This document shows positions 1-11,899 of a stretch of DNA of 64,000 nt, one piece after another. The translations under genes and the position numbers were made by a program. This stretch comes from Raillietiella orientalis (taxonomy: Eukaryota), in NCBI GenBank assembly GCA_036172245.1, contig JAYWIR010000001.1, forward strand, positions 7,998,001 through 8,062,000. The letters are read 5' to 3'. The notes under the pieces are model-generated. The model was not told where the DNA came from and made no database searches. It worked only from the letters and a program-made list of their open reading frames with translations. The first letter of the stretch is position 1, and every line of letters starts with the position of its first letter.

Positions 1-149
1 TTGTGGGAAGGGTACACGCTTCTGCGAAGGAGATTCAGTGGTCTTATGAGAAGCAGCAGCTGCGGCCACAAGAACACAGAATACATGGAGAAACAATTTT
101 GTTGTTCTAATCACCACCTCAGTGTTTGGTTTGGTGTTCAACTAGAAAT

Positions 150-2650
150 GGTTAAGCCAAATGCAAAACCAGAGTGGGTAGAAGGGATGCATCATCGCAT
201 TGACTCTCGTAGATAACAGGATACAGCTGAATGACTCTTCTGTTGCTTTACAGAAGGGAAGAATTTTTTGGCATGCGCTGCTATGTTAGGACCTTGCAGT
301 TGGGCATTCGATTCTACAAGTCAAGCTATTAAAGATCCGAAATGTCTATCCTCTTAGAAGCACCTCACTTTGCCTGCTATAGAAAACTACACTTTTCCTT
401 TGCATTTTGAGTTTGTTGTGGATACTTCTTTTAGATTTTCTCAAAAAGCTTATGTTACTACTGCGAGATTCTGTAACTACTACTTTCACCATGCACTTTT
501 CAGAATTAAAATGTTCCGTTTTCTGAAGAGTTTTGTAGACCAGCAGTCTGAATGCAGCCTCATTTCCAGTCTCTCGCAGTAGAAGGAACGAAATAGCCAC
601 CTTCAGAATTGGGGAACTTTTCTCTTTTAGTGAGCTCCTTCCAGAAAAGCTTTTCCGGCAAGTGCACTTTGTATTTGACGGTTGATGTTCGAATTAAGAA
701 ACAAGATGGATGCACAAACCAAAATATTCTTCATTTCGTTTTGGGTACGCTGCCTTACTAAGAATAGTCTTCTTTCTTTCTCTAGTGCAGTTTTGCCCTC
801 TTTTCACAAGGATCCTCTTGTACAATGAGCTCATGCTTGTTTATCGGAGCCCTTTACAGATTAACATGATCAACGTTCCAAACACTTTATGAGAAAGTGA
901 ACGTGGATGGTTGTCATGGTTTATGAGAAGCACACATCCATGAGCAGGTTGTCCACACAAGTATACCTTGCTTATCTGCGGAGAATGTCTGCTGCCTCAA
1001 TAACCTATCAAAGTATCAAAGTACTGTTTGCAAGATAGTAAAGAAAACGCTTTCGCCAGCAGACACTCCAAGCAGCTTTGAAAAGGTTCACGGTGACATG
1101 TTTTTAAGACGGCTGTCATCTTACAATTCCGCATTCTGATTCTCCTCTACATGATAGCTTAAGCAGAATCTCTCTTTTTCTGTCATTGATCATCGAATGA
1201 AAAGAATCTACTGTCGTCCAAGGAAACCTAACGGAAATGCGACTTCAGTAGCTGTACAAGTGAACGGCAGTGGAACCAGGTAATGCAAAATCTTTTCATG
1301 AAGCGGTCATGGAAATCTCCATTCTTGGAAACGACGCCTCCATACGAGTAAGCATGTGGAAAACTTTTTCACATTAGTAACACACACACCATGAGATGAT
1401 CTGCTGCGATACTCTCTTCCTTATCCTTTCCCGAGAATCCATATATCAGAAACAAATGAGTCTTCGCATCACGTCTATCTTGTAAAACTTCACTCCGGCA
1501 GTGCAACTTCTTTTCATAACACCAACTACAGATATGCACTATGGTTTTGTCATTCCCTTTCTCACAGTCCGCATCAAACAGCGAATGAGATCGTCTGACT
1601 GCTTGTATGAGGTCCAAATCTGAAGTGGTTTGCGAAGGAAAGCAGCAAAGAGAAGTGCTTGTATCAATTCGCTGCTAGAAGTTGGACCTGCAGTTTTCGG
1701 TGAGAATGAAGCTGCGTTTCCGAAATCATCCCGCCAGTCACGTAGGCGAATGTTAGCCTGAGCTATTTCGATTCCTGCTCTATTGATTCAATGCGTGGGC
1801 GTAAAATACCAGCAAACTCTATGAGTGGGTTCATGAAACAGTGTGATTGAGAGGGGGACTACGAGTCGCTCTCACACTGTCGTCCAACGTCCCTAACTGA
1901 TTCCTTCAATGTGTTTCCCTGATAACGCTTGCCAGGAAACTTCCGCCTTTCGTAAGAAGCACAGCTCAGAACATTTCCCTTCAAACTCGCGGGTTGAATT
2001 CACTGCTACAGATGATGTACAATTTCATTTTCGAGAGACAATGGAGCTGCAGAACGACGGGACATCCGAACTCGATTACATCACAGACGAACGCAGTACA
2101 GAAAATTTCCATTGGAACAACAACGCCTTCAAACTACTTCTTTTCTCTTGATTTACACTAACGTGATCAATCAATGGTGTTAGAACTGTGGAGTCTTCCA
2201 TCCAAAAATTTCTTTCACAGAGTAACAAAGCGCGCAGCAGCAAATCTTAACATCTGCAAATGAGAAATGGTCCCGTTGCTTAGTGTTTGTCCGCAGAAAG
2301 GCCGACTTCGCTAATGACCTCCGTGTTGAGCAAACCGGAGGGCTCAAGGAATTATGCAGCCAATGTGGTGTTTGCCCAAGAGGTGTCTGCTAACTATCTT
2401 TCTTGTATGTGAGGAAAGGAGACTAAGGAGGACTTAATCGTGTCAGGAGAAAAGTTTTCACAAAGTGGGGACCGGCGATTATTTCTCTTCCATGATTGAT
2501 TTGTGGAAGGCTTTACCTTCATTGACTGACAGGTGGTCTTCCACAAAGACGTTGTCTTTGGGCATGCGTATATTCTGGCGATGCCACACTTTTGTCCAGG
2601 ACACCCAGTCCATGGAGAATTGCAAGGGTAAAGAATTGTGATAGACTCCA
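150..2650 (-). pseudogene. Highly decayed LINE/RT relic of an older family; boundaries approximate
   Basis: Minus-strand fragments occur in RT order: CPGQKCGI (~2600, APGxDG-like), PDTIKSSLVS (~2440), SGLLNTE (~2335, RPISLLNTD-like), GRQ..DS*SP (~1870, RQGDPLSP-like) and a degenerate xDD (~1730). Many stops and frameshifts. Confidence 0.4.
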
Positions 2651-4679
2651 ATCAATCTGTAAAAAGATTTAGATTCGAGTTCGTCTTTCTGTAAAGGAAG
2701 TGGCACTGGATGCAGACCATTGGAATTTCCTTGCTCTCTAACGACTTTCTTTGCGTGGAAATGTAAAGTGTACCCCAAGAGTGACGAGTGATGCATACGT
2801 GAAGAAAGAAAAGCAAAAAGTAAAGTCCCAATAAGAAAGACTCCCGAAAAAGCATGCGGTGAAGTGGAACGTTTTTGATTTGCATGTGTGCATGCGATTT
2901 GAGGCTGAAATAGCATTTCGTCTTCAGCAAACTGATGGGTGCAATGATGAAATAATCAAACTTCAAGTCTTCAGGTATGAGTGCAATAGTCGTCACACAA
3001 GGCAACGACCATGTGCATCGGTGAAAAGCATGATTGTGAAGACGGAAGCTGTTCCCGGCATTGATAATAATGGCTAATAGTAGCATCAAGGTGTGCAACT
3101 AGTAATCGCAGAAGATAGCGTTGAAAAACAAACTTGAAATACGATCCCGCTACTATATGTAGCTTTGTTTTATCACATGTAGTTTGTTTTTTCTCAGAGG
3201 AGCAAATGAAATGCTAAGTTTGAATGCTGAAATATGTACCTCTTGAATAGTATTTTTTCTGTGGCACAAGATGAATCAGTCTTATACGGTAGTGCTTTGC
3301 TGAGAAACTGATATTTCTAGCAAAGGACACTTCTATCGGTCGTAGCCATTAATTTCTAATGAAATGAAGCTGAGCAAATATCTAATTAACAGTTATCTCC
3401 AATTATTAACTTAGAGATCTTGGCTACATGGTTTTCATATTTAGTTCCACTTGGCCTGTAGAATAATGTCTACAGTAAATGCGTTCACTAAGTGACTGTG
3501 CGAAATAGCGCTGATTTGGGAATTTCTTCCCCATACTACCCCAAAACTGTATCTCCTCAAATGTACTATTCCGGAAAAAGCGTAGGGGACATGCACTGGA
3601 ACGTGTCTAATGGCAGCAAGGAACAAGGGTACCTATGGATATACGGAGCACCACAGTAGTGAATTTCACCTATTTTACCTTGAAATGCACCATCTGATAC
3701 AAAATAAAATCTACAAGTACAAGGTAATGTGGAGTTCTCAGAACTTATTGTAAAAAAACACTGATCATGTCACAGAGTGATGTATTCTTAAGGAAAGAAT
3801 AAACATTAGGAATCCGATGCTTGTTTCTGTTCAAAGAGATTCGTTTCCGATACCACTGACTCACATCCCAGGTTCACACCTTGAGGGTTACAGACAATTT
3901 CACCTTCTGGAGGTGCGCAGCATCACCTTACTGTAATGTCGAAAGTGATCTTAAAGACCAATGTTCTTTAGAGCTGTGCATTCATTTCAAAGGTAACAGC
4001 AGAAAAGAGCTAAGAATGCTGACTGAGAATCAATCTCCATCGCGGCATAGGTGAACGAGTCCTTGTGCCCATGACATGTTTTTTCTGATCTTGCAAAACG
4101 CCATCAGCAAAAGCAAAATCTGGGAAGTTGCTTGCCCTCACCAGGTCACAGTGGAAGCGTTTATTTGGAAGAGATCAACAGACTAGGGAACGCAGTTGCC
4201 AAATTAACAAGAGAAAATGGATTTATGAGCTTTCATTTTTTCTTGTTAATAGTTACTCATAGTTTTCCTGAAGAAAGTGAGGGTTCAACCTCGTACGGAT
4301 CAGTTACTGTGGAAATCCGAAGAAGGAAGGGAAGGGAGCCATAAATAAAGTGAACACAGGGTGCGTACACGAGGAGTCTTTGGCTATAGCCGCTTCCTCT
4401 TTCTCAGAACCGGCGCGCAATGCGGACAGTCTCCCACTTTCTCCCTGATGACGTCATCTCGCATTCATCCTCATTTAGACGGCTTCTTGCAAGTGACTTC
4501 CCTTTGATGTGTCTCAGAACCCAGAACATGATGGACGGTGACGCTGGATGTCGCAGACACGAAAGATGTCGGAAGTCCTGTGCATCCTTGCGAAAAAAAT
4601 ACATGCAGCGATTCCTTGGTAGTGCCTCCATAAGACAAAGTCCTTGATAGTTCCTCTAGACTCAAGAAAGCTTCCTGCA

Positions 4680-4850
4680 AGAACTGAATGGAGGAAACTG
4701 CAGTTTAACGGCAGCTGTAACAGCGATGTGATTGTTCACACCTTGAGCAGTTTAAGAACGAATCATTCCTGGAAACCAGCTGCCTGTGCAGATTGCACTG
4801 GCTACCCTGGTGTAGAATCAGTAGCACACATTTTTGCACTCCAACGGAAA
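4680..4850 (+). pseudogene. Decayed LINE ORF2 C-terminal zinc-knuckle fragment
   Basis: ORF 4644..5150 contains W..L...LRT...CADC....ESVAHIF, resembling the CxxC...ExxxH-F motif at LINE ORF2 C-termini. Confidence 0.4.
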
Positions 4851-5649
4851 CGCCGAATTGTTTACGTAGAAAGAAAGCTCCACAATTCCTTCAAGGCAAA
4901 CACTCGCGCCGTCGCTTCGCAGAAGCAGTCCTTTCGCTTGACTACGCCATGTGGGGCTGTCCTTCAGTTTGCAGGACTTCCAACCTTTCCAAACGTTTCC
5001 TCATTCCTGCAATGCTGCAGAAGAACTTTTACCTCGATGTCCAGGGACATCCATTTCTTGCACTCAGGCAGATGGCACTACGGCACGAGTGTGATCCAAG
5101 ACCATTTCGTTCAGCTGTGCAAGACTTTTCCGAGAAGGTATCTGGAGTAAGTTCGCAGAGACGAATATCCTGTGAGTGGTCTTACAGCTTGAAAATTTGA
5201 TACTGCATGATCTCTTACCGTCGAGCGTTACAGTTTGTGGGGTGGCAGAATTATCACAAGTAAGGATCCTTGATGAACGAGTCAAATTTCAAGCATTTTA
5301 CCCATCCTGCGCCAGTTGTGAATGCCTTACATCGCACGACGTGATGCGCTTTCAAACCTAGACTTTCTTTATGTTCTTAGCGCAGGGCTTCAGGTGACAG
5401 AACACACCACGTCACGAATTGCTGCAGCACATCTTGTGTGCACAAGAGTTACATGTAGTGATCTCCAGGCTTATGCGGGCACCGAGAAGTGATTTTTCCA
5501 ATGGAATTTCCAGTATTATTGAAGACAAGTTCCCATTCTAACAGAACGTGTCGCCAATCACTGGAAAAAACAGGAAAAAGAGATCTTAACTTATCTCGTT
5601 GAGAATACCAAGGGAACACTGAGCAGTGGCGCATTCATGCCTTTTGTCC

Positions 5650-5915
5650 AGCCTCCTATTACGCTGAGAAGGCTTACAGAAACGGAGATGTAAAAAAACT
5701 TGTTGGTGTCCGCCTAGGAGACCAATAGAGTTTGCAAGGTCACGCCATCCACTCATCACAAAACCAAAAGGATCGGTCGCATTATTTTCAGACGACCTTC
5801 AAGATTGCAGCCCCTTGTCAACGTCATCTGTACACAAAAGTGTGGCTGCTAACACAGGTCTGTAACTAACAGTCTTCTGAGAGGAGAAAGAAAAATTCAT
5901 GCTGTGCTAGAGTGG
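5650..5915 (+). pseudogene. Decayed RT fragment, host of the leftmost nested element
   Basis: GVRLGDQ*S at 5705-5731 and ALFSDDL at 5779-5799 are degenerate GVRQGDPLS and (Y/F)ADD motifs. Confidence 0.55.
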
Positions 5916-5917
5916 TT

Positions 5918-7655
5918 CCTTACTGGATCACGCCGAGACGTTTATTAAAGTAAACGAGTTGAAAGCAAAGTTCCCAACTGACGACAAAACCAGCAAGATG
6001 GGGAATCAACTGGCACGCAGGCCAAGATAACAAGAGTTGGGAACCGGGTGGGAGATCGAGCAGCAAAGAGAAAGTTAAATGCGGTGGGTTGGAGGAAGGG
6101 TCTTTGGATTCGCAACATGAGGCAATGGGATGAAACCAAAAACACCAAAGGAGTTGCAGAGAAAATGATAATGGGAAAGAATCAAAATAAATAAACAAAC
6201 AAATGAACAACATAAAACAAAATGGAGTGAATCAAGGGAGGGAAAGGGCCGGATTTACTGGGGTCCGCCGTTCCTGACTGTCCACCAACCGGCAGTGGAT
6301 GCTGGTAATCACCTACTTTTCCGCTTCTTCCAGGTGAAGAAACCTTGAAACCGTCCTCATTCTAGGCAGCAGCCACACAGTGGATCTCCCTTCTCTGCGC
6401 AGTCATCTCCATTACCTAGCAGACCTTCACAGTGGCGGGAATGCAACAGATTGTTGCGACTACCAAACCACCTAAAAGCCCGCTGCTCACGAGAAAACAC
6501 TGCAACATGTCCTTCGCAGAATCCTCCATAAGAGGGACGTCTAAAGCCAATCTCCACCACAGGTCACGGAAGACACCACAGTCAGGCAAAAGATGCGGGA
6601 ACGATTCGATCGTTTCGCATCTCTAGCAGTCGAGACAGCTCCTCGGAAACCATGTGTCGACGATAATTACGCTAAAGTCTCCAGTGTGAAAGTAGCAACA
6701 CGTCCTGTTTTCGTCTTAGGAAGAACACCGAGGTGTCCAAACAAGCAGGAAGGCCTACTAGTTCTCCGGGAGGCACACTCAACATTTCACTTTACCAGAG
6801 GAGTCATATAGCCCGGTTCGGAGAAATGGCGGCATGAACCAGTTCCTTTGTCCTCTACCCACCCAAGAGCTTGGTTTCTGTTGCAATTTCAAGTGCAGAG
6901 GAACTTCCACCTTGACAATAGTTAATTGTCATTGCTTGTCCCTAGGGCAAGCAACGCTGCCAAAAAGGATGTGCTGGCTAAGAGATTCCACTTTTTGTCC
7001 TGCTTCACCTCTTCCAGAAAGCGATTCAGCAGCAGTCGCAAGCCTAAAAGATCTTCCGGGAGTACTCCTACATTTTCAGCCCAGGACAAAACAGATTCCT
7101 GCTGCCAGGCATTGAAGTTCATCGGGAGGCAGGAGATCGCATGTTCGGCTTTCAGTAGCGAAGGAAGCTGCCTCAGTGAAAGGCCAAATCCTCTTCTAGT
7201 GTGGAGAAGGTGCGGCAGCAATCAGAGCAATCGTTCGCTCTTAGTGTAGCGCCGAAGGAGGCGTGCAGAAAGACAGCAAGGAGTACATCAGGGTCTGGAT
7301 GATAGAGCCAGCATACGGAATAGTTCCTGCAGTCAGATATTCTCGATGGCCAGGATGCGAAAGCCACCATCCTGGCGCAATGGCAGCAAAGCTTTCAGAC
7401 AAATGCTGAAACTAATGCTGCCTCACGGAACTTTGCGCAGCAAGCGTTTCCCTCGGTCCTTCACCGGATGAAGAGGAGAGCAAACAAAAAACAAAAGGCG
7501 CAGGAGGGGGCAACGAAGCTGTTTCAGATGGAGGCCTGTTTAGCAAAACTAAACTACCATCAAAGGATTAGCAGCACCCTCTGCCTTCTGAAGACAGTTC
7601 AATCATGCCTGTGAATCGCGGAAGAAGGCTAGCGGCATGCTAAGGTACTTGAAAT
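5918..7655 (-). mobile_element. Old, degenerate E/C-like LINE, 3' portion
   Basis: Degenerate 3' motif aataaacgtctcggcgtgatccagt (5921-5946, minus) and CTGCGT stem-loop (~6015). Peptides ISCLPMNFNAWQQESV and GYFKYLSMPL match the E ORF2 C-terminal half. Confidence 0.8.
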
Positions 7656-7659
7656 ACCC

Positions 7660-7866
7660 GCTCAAGTTGTGCCACCCGGGCCTAAGGTTCAGGCCGCACC
7701 CGAGACCCCGACGAACAACGCCGAAAAGGTCGAGGGAAACGGCCAGAAGCCTGAGTGGCTGGTGACAACGGCCAAAAATCAAAAAAAGAACGACGTCTAT
7801 AGAAACTCGCATACCGAAAGAAAAAGAAGCAGGGTCGCGAGATTATTTAAGAATGCAGCGTCGTCG
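7660..7866 (+). pseudogene. ORF1 fragment (Lys-rich linker ending in an ECSV motif)
   Basis: PEWLVTTAKNQKK followed by aagaatgcagcgtc (ECSV) resembles the GWQ..K-rich..ECSVALER region of A/F/D ORF1. Confidence 0.45.
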
Positions 7867-8158
7867 TTTGTTCCACGGCTGCGCCGGGACGTTTATTTCA
7901 AATCGCCTGGGAACTGTGTTCTCAGGCAAGGGGAACAGAAGATGGGGAGGAGTGTACCCGACACGCAGGCCGGGCACACTGAGAGTTCGGAACGGCAGGG
8001 AGGGAACAATAAATAAACAAATATCGTGGGAGGGTGAGGATAGGGGTCTGCAGTTCCATTCGTTCTTTGTCTCAGAACCGGCGGTGAATGCCTGCAATCT
8101 CTGTCCTCACTTCTGCGTCAAGGTGTGGCCACCCGGCAGCCAGTTGCAGATTGCAGGC
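7867..8158 (-). mobile_element. Short 3'-end fragment of a C-like LINE
   Basis: aataaacgtcccggcgcagccgtgg (minus, ~7873-7898) and stem-loop gtgcccggc-ctgcgt-gtcgggtac (~7953-7978). The layout is like the C 3'UTR at 46953-47200. Confidence 0.75.
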
Positions 8159-8406
8159 TGAACTGTCGGGGAATGATGTAGTGAATGCGGACGCGAAGTT
8201 GCTTGTTGCCATCCGAGCACGCCGGGGCGCTTAATATAAATTCTCTAATTTGTGGTACAAGGCCCCACTACGGCCAACAAAGCAGGACCTGCCAGGTCAC
8301 CGGTACTCAGACCGGCACGACTCCCCTCGTCAGCGGAAGGGTATGAAGGGAAAAACAAAAAGAAAAATAAAACAGAAAAACAAAAATTTGGAGGGCAGGG
8401 AAGGGA

Positions 8407-11400
8407 TCAAGGTCCATTGGGAGGAGGATCCATCATTTCCAGGATGCCCTCGTAATCCGTTCGTATAATTCCCAGGTGGGGCCATCTGGTCGCAATCCGC
8501 AGATAGCGGACTGCAAGTACGACGGCATCCCTGTCGTGGTTCGGTCTTCTCACGTCGCTCCAGCACGTCACAATTTCTCGGACACAGCAGAGTGCTGCCA
8601 GGTCGGCGGCTGGTCGCGGGGCGTCCTGCACGAACAGAAGCCGAAAAACGTATCCAGGATGGCTGCACACCTGGACCCGTAGGGAGGTACCAAAACGTTC
8701 CCACAGGGGTCGGAGGGCAGCACAATCGTTCAAAGAGGTGAGGGAGTGTTTCTTACTCCCCGCACCTGATGCAGGAGGGATTCAATCGACCCCTGGTCCA
8801 AGGCTGGCGGCGTGAGCTGCAGGGTAGACCCCAATGCAACAACAGAAGCGCCGAGTCCTACCACTTTAGGCGGAGGATCCTCGAGCCAATGAATATCTGG
8901 GGCCACTTCAGGTCATCCATCCGGATGCTAAGTAGCACGCCCCATCTCATTAGTCCACGCGGAAGGACACTTCGGGTCGAGGCGTCAGCCAGCTGCCCCG
9001 TGGTCTAGCCGCTTATCAGTTTCTCTCTGCCTGCGATACGGCGGGAGACTTTCCACCTAGGCATGCGGCTGCTGTGAGCGCACTCCTCAGAAAGGGCATC
9101 GCCGTAGCTAGTACGGTTGTCTCTGCCCATGTGCTCCTTGCGGGACATTCTAGTATTTTCCGAAGAGTGTAGCGGGCGTAGGAGCAGTGTTGCAGGTATT
9201 TCCACTTGTCGTGGATCTTCTCGTTCATCTTTGCAATACGTGCCAGTTGTCTCCACCAAGCATGCGGATGAGTTGGCGGGGCTACATTCCATCCAGCGGT
9301 TCTCCTTAGCCAGGGTGGCCATGCGTCCCAGAAGGAGGCCGCATCTTTTGACCTTCCTTCCACGGCACAGAAGAGAAGACGCTAGATTTTGCATCCCAGA
9401 TACACGGCTGGCAAGGATGTGGGCCGGAACGCACCATGGAGTGCTCCATAACTTTGCTGCGATGGCCATGGTGCGCCATCGCAGCTGGATCGCCATTCGC
9501 TCCAACGTCAAGAGGCCGAGGCCGCCATCCCGACGTGGAGCACACAAGTCGTTCAACAGGACTCGGGGCCTCTTTTTTCCCCAAAGGGCAATCCGTAGGA
9601 GGTTCTTGGTCCGTTTCCTCAACTTCTGGGGGACGGGCAAACAAAAAGCAGGCGGCGGAGGATGGGAGCCGCGAACACGTTCCACACCGCGGCCCGTTCC
9701 GGAAGGAGAAAATTGTCTTCCAGGAACGGGCCGATCGCCAACATTACATTGCGGAGACGCCCTGACTAGGCCACGCCGCACCGACAGGAACCACCGTCGA
9801 CTTCGCCCTGTTCACCGTAAGTCCGGTCCCGCGGCTAAGCAGATCGAAGAAATCCCCGACCGCCTTCGCCGGGGTGGACATCGGCAACACAAGCAAAAGA
9901 TCGTCGGCGTATGCTGATACGGCGGGCGTGCCGGGGCACGAGCTCGGCAAGGGGACCAAAGTCACCCTGTACGCTCTCAGCACCAACTCAAAGTAGGTGC
10001 TAAAGAGCAGGGGACTGAGGCTGTCGCCCTGCCGTATTCCCCGCCGTACCGGCACGCCGTACGCCATTTGACCTCTTTAAGAGATATTGATCAGCGCGCT
10101 GCGCCAGCAGGAGCGCAGGTAGGTCTGTAGGGAGGGAGGGTAGCCCATGCGTCCCAGGACATCCAGCAGGAGATCCTGGTCCACGCAGTCAAACGCTTTG
10201 TGCAGATAGACTGCCATCGCTAAGGCTCCCTTCCCCACCTGGGAGTCCTGTCCCTGCCCGGCTGACGCCCCCAAAGCGGGGCTGCCAATCCTTCCCTCTT
10301 CCTTTTCTTCACTAGTCTGCACATGAAACCATGTGCTCGCGAAGAAGAGGTGGCCTCCATACTTCGCCCTGGAACAGCGTAAGTCTACTCCGGGCTAATT
10401 ATGGAATTGGCCACCTGCCCGAGACGCGAAGCCCACAGTCCGGCGATCAACTTGGCGTCCGTGTTCACAATTGTGATCGGACGCCAGTTGCTGAGTTCCC
10501 TGAGGTCTCCTCCTTTCGGAAGGAGCCTCACTCTGGCTGACCGAAACGAGGCGGGTACATCGCCTTCATCTCGGATCAGCCTTGTCAACTCAAGCACCAG
10601 GAGTGCCAACTCTGCCGCGAAGCATTGAAAAATCTCCGCAGGCAGGCCGTCTTCCCCTGGTGCTTTCCGCCTCTTGAGCCTTTTGATACCGGCGAGAATT
10701 TCGCCGGTGGTAAAAGGCTCGTCGAGGCTTTCCTTCTCCTCCTCCCCTATTGCAGGGGCACCGTTCCGAAGCAAGCGCCGAGAGGCACCTTGGTCCGGGG
10801 GCGCCCTGGCGTAAAGGGAGGAATAAAAACGCCGCACGAGGTGCCGTATTCTAGCCGGAGCCGAGTGCTCCCGGCCCTGGTCGTCCAGCGAGCTGGCCGA
10901 TCCGGATTGCCAGGCTTGACGTTCGGCCCCGGCTCGGTACTCTGCCAGGCGACGGACATTGGGGGTCCTCTCGTACCGGCGGGCCTGTAAATAGGCCCTA
11001 TGGTTCCGAGCCCCCTACTTAAATCCGGGGGGCAGGCGGTGCAGGGGGAACTCCTCGCAGAACTCGCGGACCGAGGCCTTGAAGAGGTCCCAATCTTTGA
11101 GACTGCGGAGGGTGACGCCTCTCAGGAATTCGCGAAGGTGTTCCTTCGCACCTGAGAGTCGCGTCCAGTCCCCAGGCAGACGCCACGCTTTGGATAGGGG
11201 GCCCTTGTCGCGCGGGCACACCTCGAATATCAACCGGAAATGGTCAGACAGCTCTGACGCAACTTTCTCCCGTTTGCTGACCCGTGAACACAGGTCGACA
11301 TCCAGGAAGACGTGGTCGATGCTGCTGACCATTTCCGAAAGATCCCCTAACAAGTTGCGCGTGCGCATGGCGGCGCACAACACGTTAGCCGTCCGTTCCT

Positions 11401-11899
11401 GTGCGTGTGGCTCACCTGATAGCAGGCGGAGATTAAAGTCTCCTGCTATCAGGTGAGCCACGCGCACGTTCGCTTCCACCAGCCAGTCGTGCTTCACGCT
11501 TTCCAGGAACGCCGCGCGTTCCCGTTACCTGTTATAACCGCTCGGGGCGTATACGTTTGTTACGACGAGGTCGATCGTGTCGGACCATCTGAGAATCAGC
11601 TGCCCGACACGACCGGCTTCGTCGAAGCGCACGCCCTTCACGGCAGCGTCGACCGCCGGTTTCATAAAAAACGCGACGCCGCAGGTGTATCGGGTGCCGC
11701 ATTGCCACACCAGCCGCCCTTCTGCGATCCTCTCGATCTCCTGGGCGTTCTCCCCGGTGATCACGTGGATCTCCTGCAGGAGTGCCAGGTCGAAGTCACG
11801 CAGGGTGGCTGCCGTGTCCCGTCTGTTGCTGTCGTCGCGCAGCCCGTGGACGTTCCAGCATGCCACACGCAATCGACGGCGACAGGCGATCCCAGGTGT
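8407..11899 (-). pseudogene. ORF2 APE-RT of A1, disrupted
   Basis: WNV, LQE, NVYAP, GDFN, SDH, APGEDG, WRPI, KAFD, QGDSLSP and YADD are in order. Stops at 11525, 11015 and 10385, frameshifts, and a deletion near 9760. Confidence 0.92.

Noticed and set aside
1-5650. Short ORFs as host genes or RNA genes
   Set aside because: No recognisable domains or tRNA/rRNA features; the only signals are decayed LINE motifs.
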